From assembly GCA_041389025.1 (NCBI GenBank), contig JAWKSP010000001.1:414663-478662 (forward strand): a stretch of DNA of 64,000 bases. The letters are read 5' to 3'. The notes beneath the pieces were generated by a model. It worked only from the letters and a program-made list of their open reading frames with translations, was not told the DNA's origin and made no database searches. Made by a program: the position numbers and the translations under genes. This DNA is from Minisyncoccota bacterium (GTDB lineage: Bacteria > Patescibacteriota > Minisyncoccia > Phycocordibacterales > UBA918). This document shows, one piece after another, positions 32,828 to 41,651 of this stretch. How positions within the stretch are numbered: the first letter of the stretch is position 1; the number at the start of each line of letters is the position of its first letter.

Positions 32828-33133
32828 ATGAATAAAGAAGAGATAAAACAATTAGCTACACTGGCTAGAATTGAAATGTCAGATAAGGAAATAGAAGGGT
32901 TTTCTAAAGATATAAACGAAATTTTAGGTTATGTAAGTGCGGTTCAAGATATTGTTGATGACGAGAGCGGAAGTGGTTCTGTGCCGGAAGTTGGTGCTCG
33001 ATACAATGTATTTCGAAAAGATGTAATAACTAATGAACCAGATAGTTACACAAACGATTTGGTTGCTGAGATGCCTAAGAAACAAGGTCGATATCTTGAG
33101 GTTAGAAAGATTTTAAATACTGATACAGAATAA
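32828..33133 (+). CDS. gatC: Asp/Glu-tRNA amidotransferase subunit C
   Basis: LATLARIE, precedes gatA. Confidence 0.9.
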   Translation: MNKEEIKQLATLARIEMSDKEIEGFSKDINEILGYVSAVQDIVDDESGSGSVPEVGARYNVFRKDVITNEPDSYTNDLVAEMPKKQGRYLEVRKILNTDTE

Positions 33134-33134
33134 T

Positions 33135-34550
33135 ATGCAGACTATAGATAGTTTAAGAAAACAATTGTTGACCGGTGAAATTACCGCCAAAGAATTGACT
33201 GAAAAGACTCTTAAGATGATTCACGAAAAAAATAAAAATATCAATGCTTTTATTGATATCTTTGATGATGCTGTAGAACAGGCCGTGTTAGCAGATATTA
33301 GACTAAAAAAAGAGGGTGAAAACTCACCATTTCTTTGTGGTATACCAGTGGCGGTAAAAAATAATATTTTAATAAAAGGAAAACGAGCGACAGCCGCCTC
33401 AAAAATGCTAGAAAATTATACTGCTACTTATGATGCAACTATAATAACTAAACTAAAAACCGCCGGAGCGATAATAGTCGGTTCGGTTAATATGGACGAG
33501 TTTGCTATGGGTTCTTCAACTGAAAGTTCGGCTTTTGGTGTAACCAAAAATCCAGTTGATACTACCAGAGTGCCAGGTGGGTCTTCCGGGGGTTCAGCAG
33601 CGGCGGTGGCGATGGGAGTGGTGCCAGTAGCGATTGGGACTGATACTGGTGGGTCAATCCGTCAGCCGGCTAGTTATTGTGGTTTGGTAGGCTTTAAACC
33701 AACTTATGGTGCGGTGTCACGTTATGGGTTAATTGCTATGGGGTCCTCGCTTGATCAAGCTGGACCTCTGACTAATACTGTAGCCGATGCTGAGAGTTTG
33801 CATATGATTATGTCTGGACTTGATCCGATGGACAATACTTCAATTGATGACGATTCTTATAAAACAGTTGAATTAAAAGAGAAATATACTATTGGAGTAC
33901 CAAGACATCTGTTAAAAGAAGGAGTTGATTCTGATGTTTTAGAGTCTTTTAATAGCCATCTTGAAACTTTGAAAAAAGCCGGACATCAGGTTGTGAACAT
34001 AGAGTTGCCGTTGTTTGAAAAGGGTTTAGCGGCTTATTATATTGTGATGCCGGCTGAAGTATCATCTAATCTGGCACGCTATGATGGTATTCGCTATGGT
34101 TTGTCGGTAGATGGAGACACTTTACTTGATGTGTATCAAAAAACTAGAGCAGAAGGTTTTGGTGATGAGGTGAAGCGGCGCATTTTGCTTGGTACTTATG
34201 TGTTGTCTTCTGGTTATTATGATGCGTTTTATAATAAAGCTGAAAAAGTTCGCAGTAAAATGCGCCTAGAACTAAACAAAGTATTTAGTGAAGTAGATTT
34301 TATTGTTACACCTACCACTCCAACACCAGCTTTTAAGTTTGGTGAAAAATCAGACCCCCTATCCATGTATAAGGAAGATATTTTTACTGTATCAGTAAAT
34401 TTGACTGGTGTGCCGGCTTTATCTTTTCCAATGAAGGAAGTTGAAAGAGACAGTGTAATGCTTCCGGTTGGTGTACAATATATAGCACCACATGGTGGTG
34501 ACAGTCGTTTGTTTGATATTGGTAAAAAGATATTTGATACAACTCTCTAG
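33135..34550 (+). CDS. gatA: Asp/Glu-tRNA amidotransferase subunit A
   Basis: NMDEFAMGSS, PGGSSGGSA, DTGGSIRQPA, SSNLARYDG, EVKRRILLG. Confidence 0.97.
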   Translation: MQTIDSLRKQLLTGEITAKELTEKTLKMIHEKNKNINAFIDIFDDAVEQAVLADIRLKKEGENSPFLCGIPVAVKNNILIKGKRATAASKMLENYTATYDATIITKLKTAGAIIVGSVNMDEFAMGSSTESSAFGVTKNPVDTTRVPGGSSGGSAAAVAMGVVPVAIGTDTGGSIRQPASYCGLVGFKPTYGAVSRYGLIAMGSSLDQAGPLTNTVADAESLHMIMSGLDPMDNTSIDDDSYKTVELKEKYTIGVPRHLLKEGVDSDVLESFNSHLETLKKAGHQVVNIELPLFEKGLAAYYIVMPAEVSSNLARYDGIRYGLSVDGDTLLDVYQKTRAEGFGDEVKRRILLGTYVLSSGYYDAFYNKAEKVRSKMRLELNKVFSEVDFIVTPTTPTPAFKFGEKSDPLSMYKEDIFTVSVNLTGVPALSFPMKEVERDSVMLPVGVQYIAPHGGDSRLFDIGKKIFDTTL

Positions 34551-34610
34551 TTTTTTTACTTATAAAAGAAAGAATGGCTTAAATAAAACCATAATGGTGA
34601 TTATTTAGTT

Positions 34611-35114
34611 ATGCAAAGTATAATAGATTTTTTGAATACTGTATGGGTAAGTTACGCTATTTTTGCATACTTTTTATCCATAGTTATGCTGTTTCTTTAT
34701 GTTTATGCTTCAACTGGAGTAAATAAGCTTTATAAGTTGCAGCGTGATGAGATAAAAGAACGAGAAAAAATCTATAGTGAATCGTTTGGTATTGTAGCGA
34801 ATAGCTCCAGACTGTTAGACATAGATAAACACATTGTTTCAGACAATCCTAATGATTGGAAACTAGCCATAATTGAAGCTGATGTTATTTTAGACGATGT
34901 TTTGAAAGAAGCTGGTTATGGTGGTGTGTCTTTGGGAGAGAGATTAAAAAGTATTTCATCTAATCAACTAAGAAGTTTGGATGATGCTTGGCAGGCCCAT
35001 AAAGTAAGAAATCAAATAGCGCATGGGGGAGCTGATTTTATTTTAACCAAGCGTTTGGCTGATGATACTATCAAACAGTACAAAAGGGTGCTGACAGAAC
35101 TTGGTGTCAGATAA
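34611..35114 (+). CDS. Membrane-anchored hypothetical protein with HEPN-like RxxxxH motif
   Basis: N-terminal TM; AIIEAD...LGERLK...AHKVRNQIAH. Confidence 0.6.
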   Translation: MQSIIDFLNTVWVSYAIFAYFLSIVMLFLYVYASTGVNKLYKLQRDEIKEREKIYSESFGIVANSSRLLDIDKHIVSDNPNDWKLAIIEADVILDDVLKEAGYGGVSLGERLKSISSNQLRSLDDAWQAHKVRNQIAHGGADFILTKRLADDTIKQYKRVLTELGVR

Positions 35115-35173
35115 ATTTACGGTATAATTTTAGTTGCATTATTTTACTAAATAAGGTAACTTTCTTTAGTACT

Positions 35174-35431
35174 ATAAATACATAGCGGGGTGAGAAAGTG
35201 TCTAAACACTTTCGCAAGACCTTGCCAAGTATTTCTTGAGGACACGAAAAGAAATACTGACAAGGTGTACTGGTCCTGTAAGGACGAGGAGAGGTATCTC
35301 TTTCGTTTAAAATAAAGTAAAATTAAATACATAGCGGGGTGGAGGAGAGGTTTTGAGCGAGAGAATTTAATAGCTCTCATAACCTCTCTGGAGAACGCCT
35401 TCGTTTGAGGTAAAATAAAGAATAAATACAT
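35174..35431 (+). repeat. Two interrupted tandem shadow copies of the tRNA-fMet 5' region
   Basis: taaatacatagcggggtg at 35175, 35324 and 35423; gaggagaggt and ctcataacctc fragments recur. Confidence 0.85.
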
Positions 35432-35502
35432 AGCGGGGTGGAGGAGAGGTACCTCGGGAGGCTCATAACCTCCAGACCCTGGTTCGATTCCAGGCCCCGC
35501 AA
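35432..35502 (+). tRNA. Initiator tRNA-fMet (CAU)
   Basis: A1xA72 mismatch, A11-U24, ctCATaa loop, ttcgatt T loop. Confidence 0.9.
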
Positions 35503-35504
35503 CA

Positions 35505-35546
35505 AGAACGTAAAAGACTCGATAGTTATCGAGTCTTTTACGTTCT
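35505..35546. repeat. Perfect palindrome, 20-bp arms, at tRNA 3' end
   Basis: agaacgtaaaagactcgata-gt-tatcgagtcttttacgttct. Confidence 0.9.
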
Positions 35547-35628
35547 ATAATGAGCTGAGAAAATATAAATATAAAATCACAGTCAAGACTTGCTAAAAAT
35601 ATCAAAAAATTGGTATATTTCATTGATT

Positions 35629-36315
35629 ATGCAATGTGTTATTTTGGCGGCCGGCAAAGGCTCGCGTTTACGTCCTTTAACCGAAACTGTTCCTAAACCT
35701 TTGGTAACGGTAAATGGTAAGACATTATTAGACCATATCGCTGAAGCGCTTCCTAGTGCTGTTAAGGAACTTATTGTTGTGGTTGGGTACAAAGGGGAAA
35801 TGATAAAAAAGCACTGTGGTGATAATTTTCATGGTCGACCGGTGACTTATGTTGAACAAACAGAGATCAATGGTCCAGCTAAAGCTTTGTGGCTTACCAA
35901 GGATTTGATAAGAGGACGTTTTCTATTTATGTTTGCCGACGACATACACGGCAAGGATGATTTAGCGCGAGCGGTTTCTTATAGTCGGTCAATTTTAGCC
36001 ACTACTAGTGATATACCGGAACGGTTTGGAGTAATTGTACGAAACCCTGACGGTACGATTGCTGAGATGGTTGAAAAGCCAAGTTCACCATCTTCTAACT
36101 TAGTAGCTACCGGACCAATGGTTTTAGATAAAAATATTTTCGATTTTCCACCAGAGTCTCCAATTAAGGATGAATATTTCATGCCGGAAATTATTATGCG
36201 CTATAAAGAAAAATATCCGGTAGCAGTAGTGGAGGAAAACTTATGGCTGGCTATCGGTTATCCGGAAGATATTGATAGGGCTGAAAAGAAATTAAAGTCG
36301 GTCTATCTAGGTTAG
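35629..36315 (+). CDS. Sugar-phosphate nucleotidyltransferase (NTP_transferase)
   Basis: ILAAGKGSRLRPLT..PKPL, VEKP. Confidence 0.9.
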   Translation: MQCVILAAGKGSRLRPLTETVPKPLVTVNGKTLLDHIAEALPSAVKELIVVVGYKGEMIKKHCGDNFHGRPVTYVEQTEINGPAKALWLTKDLIRGRFLFMFADDIHGKDDLARAVSYSRSILATTSDIPERFGVIVRNPDGTIAEMVEKPSSPSSNLVATGPMVLDKNIFDFPPESPIKDEYFMPEIIMRYKEKYPVAVVEENLWLAIGYPEDIDRAEKKLKSVYLG

Positions 36316-36321
36316 TTTATT

Positions 36322-37026
36322 ATGCAATGCGTTATACTAGCTGCTGGTAAAGGTACCAGATTAGCTCCCTTAACTGACGATACTCCCAAACCTTTAATAA
36401 AAGTTTGTGATAAACCAATACTTCAACATATCGTCGAAGCTTTGCCGGAAGAAATAGACGAGCTTATTTTGGTGGTTGGTTATTTAGAAGAGCAAATAAA
36501 AGATTTTTGTAAGGATGAATTTTGCGGGCGAAAAGTAAAATATGTAACGCAGAAAAATTTTTCCGGTGGTACCGGTGATGCGCTTTTGCAAGCTAAAGAT
36601 TTAATCAGAGGTCGCTTTTTATTTATGTATTCAGATGATATACATGGATCAGAAGCCTTGGTTGAGGTTATAAACAACGACTATGCTATGCTTTCCGCTT
36701 CTTCGAAAGAACCGCAAAATTTTGGAGTTTTAGTATTAAACAAAAACGGTACTTTAAAGCAAATTGAAGAAAAGCCAAGTAACCCAAAATCAAATCAAAT
36801 TAACATCGGCGGAATGGTGTTGGATGAAAGTATTTTTGACTATAATGTCTCTGCTTCCAAAAATGGTGAAGTTTATGTTACTGATATGGTGACAGCTTTT
36901 GCGAAACAAAAACCAATTAGGGTGGTGGAGCAAAAAGTGTGGTTACCGATAAATAAAATTGAAGATATAAGAGTAGCTGAGACTATATTATGTTCGGATA
37001 AAATTACCAACAAAATTGAAAAATAA
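36322..37026 (+). CDS. Sugar-phosphate nucleotidyltransferase, tandem paralog
   Basis: ILAAGKGTRLAPLT..PKPL, GGTGDA, EEKP. Confidence 0.9.
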   Translation: MQCVILAAGKGTRLAPLTDDTPKPLIKVCDKPILQHIVEALPEEIDELILVVGYLEEQIKDFCKDEFCGRKVKYVTQKNFSGGTGDALLQAKDLIRGRFLFMYSDDIHGSEALVEVINNDYAMLSASSKEPQNFGVLVLNKNGTLKQIEEKPSNPKSNQINIGGMVLDESIFDYNVSASKNGEVYVTDMVTAFAKQKPIRVVEQKVWLPINKIEDIRVAETILCSDKITNKIEK

Positions 37027-37054
37027 TGTCGATTGTAGTATATTTTGTCTCAAT

Positions 37055-37128
37055 GTCGATGTAGCTCAGTTGGTTAGAGCGCAGCACTCATAAAGCTGAG
37101 GTCGGAGGATCGTTCCCTCCCATCGACA
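37055..37128 (+). tRNA. tRNA-Met (CAU, probably elongator)
   Basis: gtcgatg/catcgac acceptor, ctCATaa loop, atypical T loop atcgttc. Confidence 0.85.
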
Positions 37129-37389
37129 CAAACATAGGCCGGCGTTTAGCCGGTCGTTTGTGTCGATGGAGAAAGCAAACGGCTTTGCTTTCGTGAGGGA
37201 ACGATCGACGGAATGATGCGAGCCTTTGCGAGCGAATGAGTCGTGTCCCGCGGCACTTAGTGTAATTGGAGCGAAGCGAACAATTATACTTAGTGACCGT
37301 CAGGACGTTCCTTTCCAAAATTATCATGACACAAACATAGGCCGGCGTTTAGCCGGTCGTTTGTGTTGATGGAGAAAGCAAACGGCTTT
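37125..37389 (+). repeat. 62-bp direct repeat starting in the tRNA-Met 3' end, enclosing tRNA-derived fragments
   Basis: 37125-37186 versus 37328-37389 (1 mismatch). Confidence 0.9.
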
Positions 37390-37532
37390 ATTTTTGTATA
37401 AAAATATGTATAAAAATTGTCAAAATGATTTATACCTACCTAGAAAGAAAAATAAATTCATTGATTTTATAAAAGAAAAAAAGATTGCATTATAATATTT
37501 TTTAATATATTATACCCGCACTGTAAGAAATT

Positions 37533-37606
37533 GCGGTCGTAGCTCAGCTGGTTAGAGCGCCGCCCTGTCACGGCGGAGGCCGAGGGTTCGAATCCCTTCG
37601 ACCGCG
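37533..37606 (+). tRNA. tRNA-Asp (GUC)
   Basis: gcggtcg/cgaccgc acceptor, ctGTCac loop, ttcgaat. Confidence 0.96.
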
Positions 37607-37720
37607 CAGTTAGTAAAATCACCCGATGAGGGTGATTTTGCGTTACGAGCGAGTAGATTCAAATATTTTATCTAAGAAAATATAGGTTCTAAGTATCGAC
37701 CATATGTTACACTTTAGACA

Positions 37721-38911
37721 ATGGTAAAAGAAGATATAAATTCTGATAAAATTACAGACCAAGATTTGTTAGAAGAAAAATCTTCTCTAACTATAGTTAC
37801 TCCTTTTTCAAAATATTTAGCAACAGTTCTTTTTATCACCTTGCCTTTTGTCGGATTTTGGTTGGGTTTTAAGTATTGGCAAACTAATTCGGTTTTGCCA
37901 GAGTTTAATAATAATGAAATTAATACACAAATTTTAGATAGTAAGTTAATTGATTTTGATTTCGTAGACAACATTTTTTATGAACTATCTTCCTCTCCAG
38001 AGCTTGAATATTTAGTTAGTGATATAGAAAATAATAATTTTGCTTGGCGTTATTACAAAGACAACAATCCTATTACCAGCACTGCTCTTATTACAGGACA
38101 TTCTATTTTTATATCAGACTTATCTTTTCAAGATTCAGATGATGAGTACGGTGCTACCGTGTATAGACTTGATGCTATGGTTAAAAAGTTCTTCACTAAA
38201 AATAAATTTCAGATAAATTTATTTAATAGTTTTTCTTTTGAAGATAGTAGAAGCTCACAGCTTGGTTTTAGACAAGAAAATTCCAATATAATTTGTGTTC
38301 GTAATATTGAGGATACAGGGCCTGAGTTTTTGAGGTACAGTATTTCCTGCGGTTATTTATCTGAAAATGGACAGTATGAACCAGTGAAGGTGCAGACTGT
38401 AGAAGGAGAGGGAGTTGTAAGGGATAATAATTTGGAAGATGTTTCTATTGGTTCTTATTTAACAATTGAAAATGATAAAGGTGACAAAATTTTTGTTTTA
38501 TATCAACCTTACCAAAATAACAAACCAGTTTCTTGTCTAAGTAAGACTGGTGGCCAAGATTTCGTGGTTGGTGATAAGATTAACTTTAAGGGCGAGAAAG
38601 TAAATATTTTATCAGGGGTCGATATTACAACTAACCTTATTTCTACTTGTGATTCGGAAGATTTTTATCTCGAGAAAGTGAGTTCAGATAATAATTATGA
38701 CCAAAGGGACGATGTGCTTGGTATGCCTGAGTGTGACATTATGAGTAGTTTTGAATCCCGTGACAGTTGCTACGTTCAATACGCACAATTACGTAAAGAC
38801 GGAAGGTTGTGTGATTTTGTATCTAATGAAGATGAGAAGGAAATTTGCTTGAAATATTCCAAAATGGAAACAGAAACTACAGAGATAGAAATTGGCAGTC
38901 CGGGTATATAG
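37721..38911 (+). CDS. Membrane-anchored surface protein (5' part of a disrupted longer gene)
   Basis: VTPFSKYLATVLFITLPFVGFWLG anchor typical of CPR surface proteins; Cys-rich C-terminal repeat. Confidence 0.7.
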   Translation: MVKEDINSDKITDQDLLEEKSSLTIVTPFSKYLATVLFITLPFVGFWLGFKYWQTNSVLPEFNNNEINTQILDSKLIDFDFVDNIFYELSSSPELEYLVSDIENNNFAWRYYKDNNPITSTALITGHSIFISDLSFQDSDDEYGATVYRLDAMVKKFFTKNKFQINLFNSFSFEDSRSSQLGFRQENSNIICVRNIEDTGPEFLRYSISCGYLSENGQYEPVKVQTVEGEGVVRDNNLEDVSIGSYLTIENDKGDKIFVLYQPYQNNKPVSCLSKTGGQDFVVGDKINFKGEKVNILSGVDITTNLISTCDSEDFYLEKVSSDNNYDQRDDVLGMPECDIMSSFESRDSCYVQYAQLRKDGRLCDFVSNEDEKEICLKYSKMETETTEIEIGSPGI

Positions 38912-39524
38912 GATTCAATTGTTCCAGTGGGTAGGGAAGTGGCTAGGGAAGTAAGTGTGCAGGTTTCCGGTACCACAACACGGCTAAAGATAGATTTGTA
39001 CCAAGTTGATGAGTTTGGTAACAAGATAAAACTTATTGGACAATTATTAGACGATGGAGAGAGGTGATATATCAAAGAATGATAATTTATATAATGGCAT
39101 TTTTGAATTTGGTATATATCCTTATGAGCAGACAACGTGGTATGTGGCGGAAGTGTTAATTTCTGATTCTCAGAAATTAACCACTGGACCGGTTAGAATG
39201 GTGGCCACAAATTTTTCCTTTAGTGGGTTAGATTATTCTAAATTTAAAACAATTAAAGGTTAAGAAAATGATTCTGAAGTTTTTGAAGGTTTGGTAACTG
39301 TAGCTTTTGTGGTGGGGACTGAGTCAAGTAAAGTTAAAGAGGTTGTAACTAGTTTGGGTGGCGAAATATTAAATTTTTCTATGATACTTGATGACGTCGA
39401 TGTATATACCTTACATTTTCCTGAGGCCAATACTTTGGATAAGCTCAGATCTGTTATTTTAAAATTTAAATCATATAAAGAAGTGGACTTTGCTGAACCG
39501 GAAGTTTTAGTGAATATAGATTAA
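38912..39524 (+). pseudogene. Disrupted C-terminal continuation (DDG-GD domain plus subtilisin-prodomain-like segment)
   Basis: Frame stays open after TAG 38911, frameshift near 39058, in-frame TAA at 39261-39263. Confidence 0.6.
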
Positions 39525-39591
39525 GCTGTTTTTACTATGCTTTAAACACTTTGATTTAAAAGAAATATTTGGTAGGATAGCAGACACATTT

Positions 39592-39664
39592 GCCAATGTA
39601 GCTCAGTTGGTAGAGCGCGTCCATGGTAAGGACGAGGTCTCCGGTTCAATCCCGGACATTGGCT
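39592..39664 (+). tRNA. tRNA-Thr (GGU)
   Basis: gccaatg/cattggc acceptor, atGGTaa loop, ttcaatc. Confidence 0.96.
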
Positions 39665-39813
39665 CAAAATAAAGCACCCGTTTAGTAGGGTGCTTTTTGA
39701 AACAATGAAGAAAGCTAACTGCTTGGCTTTTATTTTAAACCTGAAGATGGTGAGTGAGTATGATGGTATAGAAGGTTTAAGGTTTTTAGAAAAATAGACT
39801 AAAATAAATAAAA

Positions 39814-40119
39814 ATGATTTCCTTTGGCACTACTGTAAATATATGGCGAGAATTTAATACTTACGAAGCATTATTTTGGTTGATTTTAAGTTTGGTGGTT
39901 TTTTTATTTAAAAATCATTTACCAAGCAAATATAAAAACTGGATTATATTTAGTTCGATAAACGTCTTTTTATTTGGAGTGTCAGATATTGTAGAAATTT
40001 ATACTGAAGGATTTTTGCATACTGCTAAGTGGCTTCTTTGTTGGAAAGCACTACATGTGGTCGGATTGGTAATTAGTTTTGGTTGGTATATTAAATTAAG
40101 ACTAAAATCATACAATTAG
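39814..40119 (+). CDS. Small membrane protein
   Basis: Three hydrophobic segments, FGVSD motif. Confidence 0.65.
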   Translation: MISFGTTVNIWREFNTYEALFWLILSLVVFLFKNHLPSKYKNWIIFSSINVFLFGVSDIVEIYTEGFLHTAKWLLCWKALHVVGLVISFGWYIKLRLKSYN

Positions 40120-40181
40120 TAATTTGAATGATTTTAAAAGTATTTTGCTATAATTATTTTATACAAGCTAGCGTTTAATTT

Positions 40182-40874
40182 ATGTTATCTATTAAAAACC
40201 TTTCCAGATTAACCGGAGCAACTTATTTGCTAATGGTACCGTTTGGGGTTTTGGGAATTTTGTACATTCCAAATGTCATTTTGGTGTCAGGTGATATGGT
40301 GGCCACTATCGAGAATATACGAAACAACTTATCGATGTTTCATTTTAGTATTTTTGCTTCGTTGGTGGTTCAGCTTATACAAATAATCTTAGTCCTCCTT
40401 TTATATAAGCTTCTTAGTCATATCAGCAAAACCGCCGGCATACTGATGATTGCTTTTATTGTGCCGGCGGTTTCGATTGCCATGTTAAACGAAGTCAGTC
40501 TTTTGGCTATCAGTAGTTTGGTCAGCGGAGTTGCTTTTACAGCTACTTTTACCGCCGAGCAAGTACAAGGTTTGGTTGGTCTATTGTTTGATATGCACCA
40601 GTCCGGTGTGATGGTGGCGCAAATATTTTGGGGATTGTGGTTGTTTCCAATGGGATACTTGGCGTATAAGTCAGGTTACATTCCTCGTTTGATTGGCGTA
40701 CTTTTGATGATCGGCTGTTTTGGTTATTTGGCGGATTCACTTTTGTTTATTCTAAATATTGAAATCGGTTTTACCGTTAGTGAGTACACTTTCTTAGGTG
40801 AAGTGTTGTTGCCGTTATGGTTGATTATAAAAGCAAAAGAAATTGCCAGAAAACATCCAAAGTTTCAGGTTTGA
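40182..40874 (+). CDS. DUF4386 family membrane protein
   Basis: RLTGATYL, FWGLWLFPMGYLAYKSGYIPR. Confidence 0.75.
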   Translation: MLSIKNLSRLTGATYLLMVPFGVLGILYIPNVILVSGDMVATIENIRNNLSMFHFSIFASLVVQLIQIILVLLLYKLLSHISKTAGILMIAFIVPAVSIAMLNEVSLLAISSLVSGVAFTATFTAEQVQGLVGLLFDMHQSGVMVAQIFWGLWLFPMGYLAYKSGYIPRLIGVLLMIGCFGYLADSLLFILNIEIGFTVSEYTFLGEVLLPLWLIIKAKEIARKHPKFQV

Positions 40875-40915
40875 GGTGAAACCATAAATCGGCTTAGTGT
40901 AAAAGTGTTTGCTCA

Positions 40916-40935
40916 ATATATATATATATATATAT
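40916..40935. repeat. (AT)10 dinucleotide microsatellite abutting a -35 box
   Basis: atatatatatatatatatat followed by TTGACT-16 nt-TACCAT. Confidence 0.85.
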
Positions 40936-41027
40936 TGACTTGTTGTTGATATAAAGTACCATTATTGATGGAAGGGCGATAGTTATTTATTGTCCTTTTG
41001 TTTTTTTAATGTAACAAGGAGAAGATC

Positions 41028-41558
41028 ATGGATTATTTTAATGGTGATGTTTTTCAGGTCGTCTTTCTATACGTTATTCTTTGTATCGGTGTTGTTGTTA
41101 GTGTTTCGAGTTTAATTTTTGTTTTGTCTAACGGTTTAAGTTATCTTATAGAAAAAGAATTTGAGAGAGTTAGGGAACAAAAAAATAAGGCCCAAAATTG
41201 GCTTGGTGATTTTAGGAGTAATCTTATTTTGTTACATTTGGATAATGTTGTTTCTAGGTTACGCTTTATCGAAAATAACAACGAAAAACGGAATAAGCTA
41301 ACTCTTTTGAATGACTTGAAAGAAGTTGGATATAAATTAAACAAAATTATACAAATGCAAGGTGTTATGACTAGCATTAACGGTATAATTCAGAGAATGT
41401 CTGATGAAAAAACTAGTGAACTGAGAGAGTTTATTGAAAGATATGATAAACTTAAGTCATCTGATCCAGAAAGGATAGAGTATGACGCTAGGTTGTTAAA
41501 CATAATACTTAATAACCTAAATAATCTGGATAGTTTAAATGACGGGGCAGTAATATGA
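41028..41558 (+). CDS. Hypothetical membrane-anchored coiled-coil orphan
   Basis: SD AAGGAG, N-terminal TM. Confidence 0.6.
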   Translation: MDYFNGDVFQVVFLYVILCIGVVVSVSSLIFVLSNGLSYLIEKEFERVREQKNKAQNWLGDFRSNLILLHLDNVVSRLRFIENNNEKRNKLTLLNDLKEVGYKLNKIIQMQGVMTSINGIIQRMSDEKTSELREFIERYDKLKSSDPERIEYDARLLNIILNNLNNLDSLNDGAVI

Positions 41559-41651
41559 CTTTTTGAAAGCCGTTTAATACCTCTAGTGATTTTTTGCTAG
41601 AGGTATTTTTTTAGTATTAAATTTTGTTTTTTGCTATACTCAAACAAAATT

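Noticed and set aside
35174-35450. Possible CRISPR array (three repeats with spacers)
   Set aside because: The repeats are the tRNA-fMet 5' end, the spacers are long and unequal, and there are no cas genes.
35147-35623. 158-aa minus-strand ORF (also 7221-7403 and 37088-37327)
   Set aside because: These overlap tRNA genes and their repeats; the translations simply reflect the tRNA sequence.
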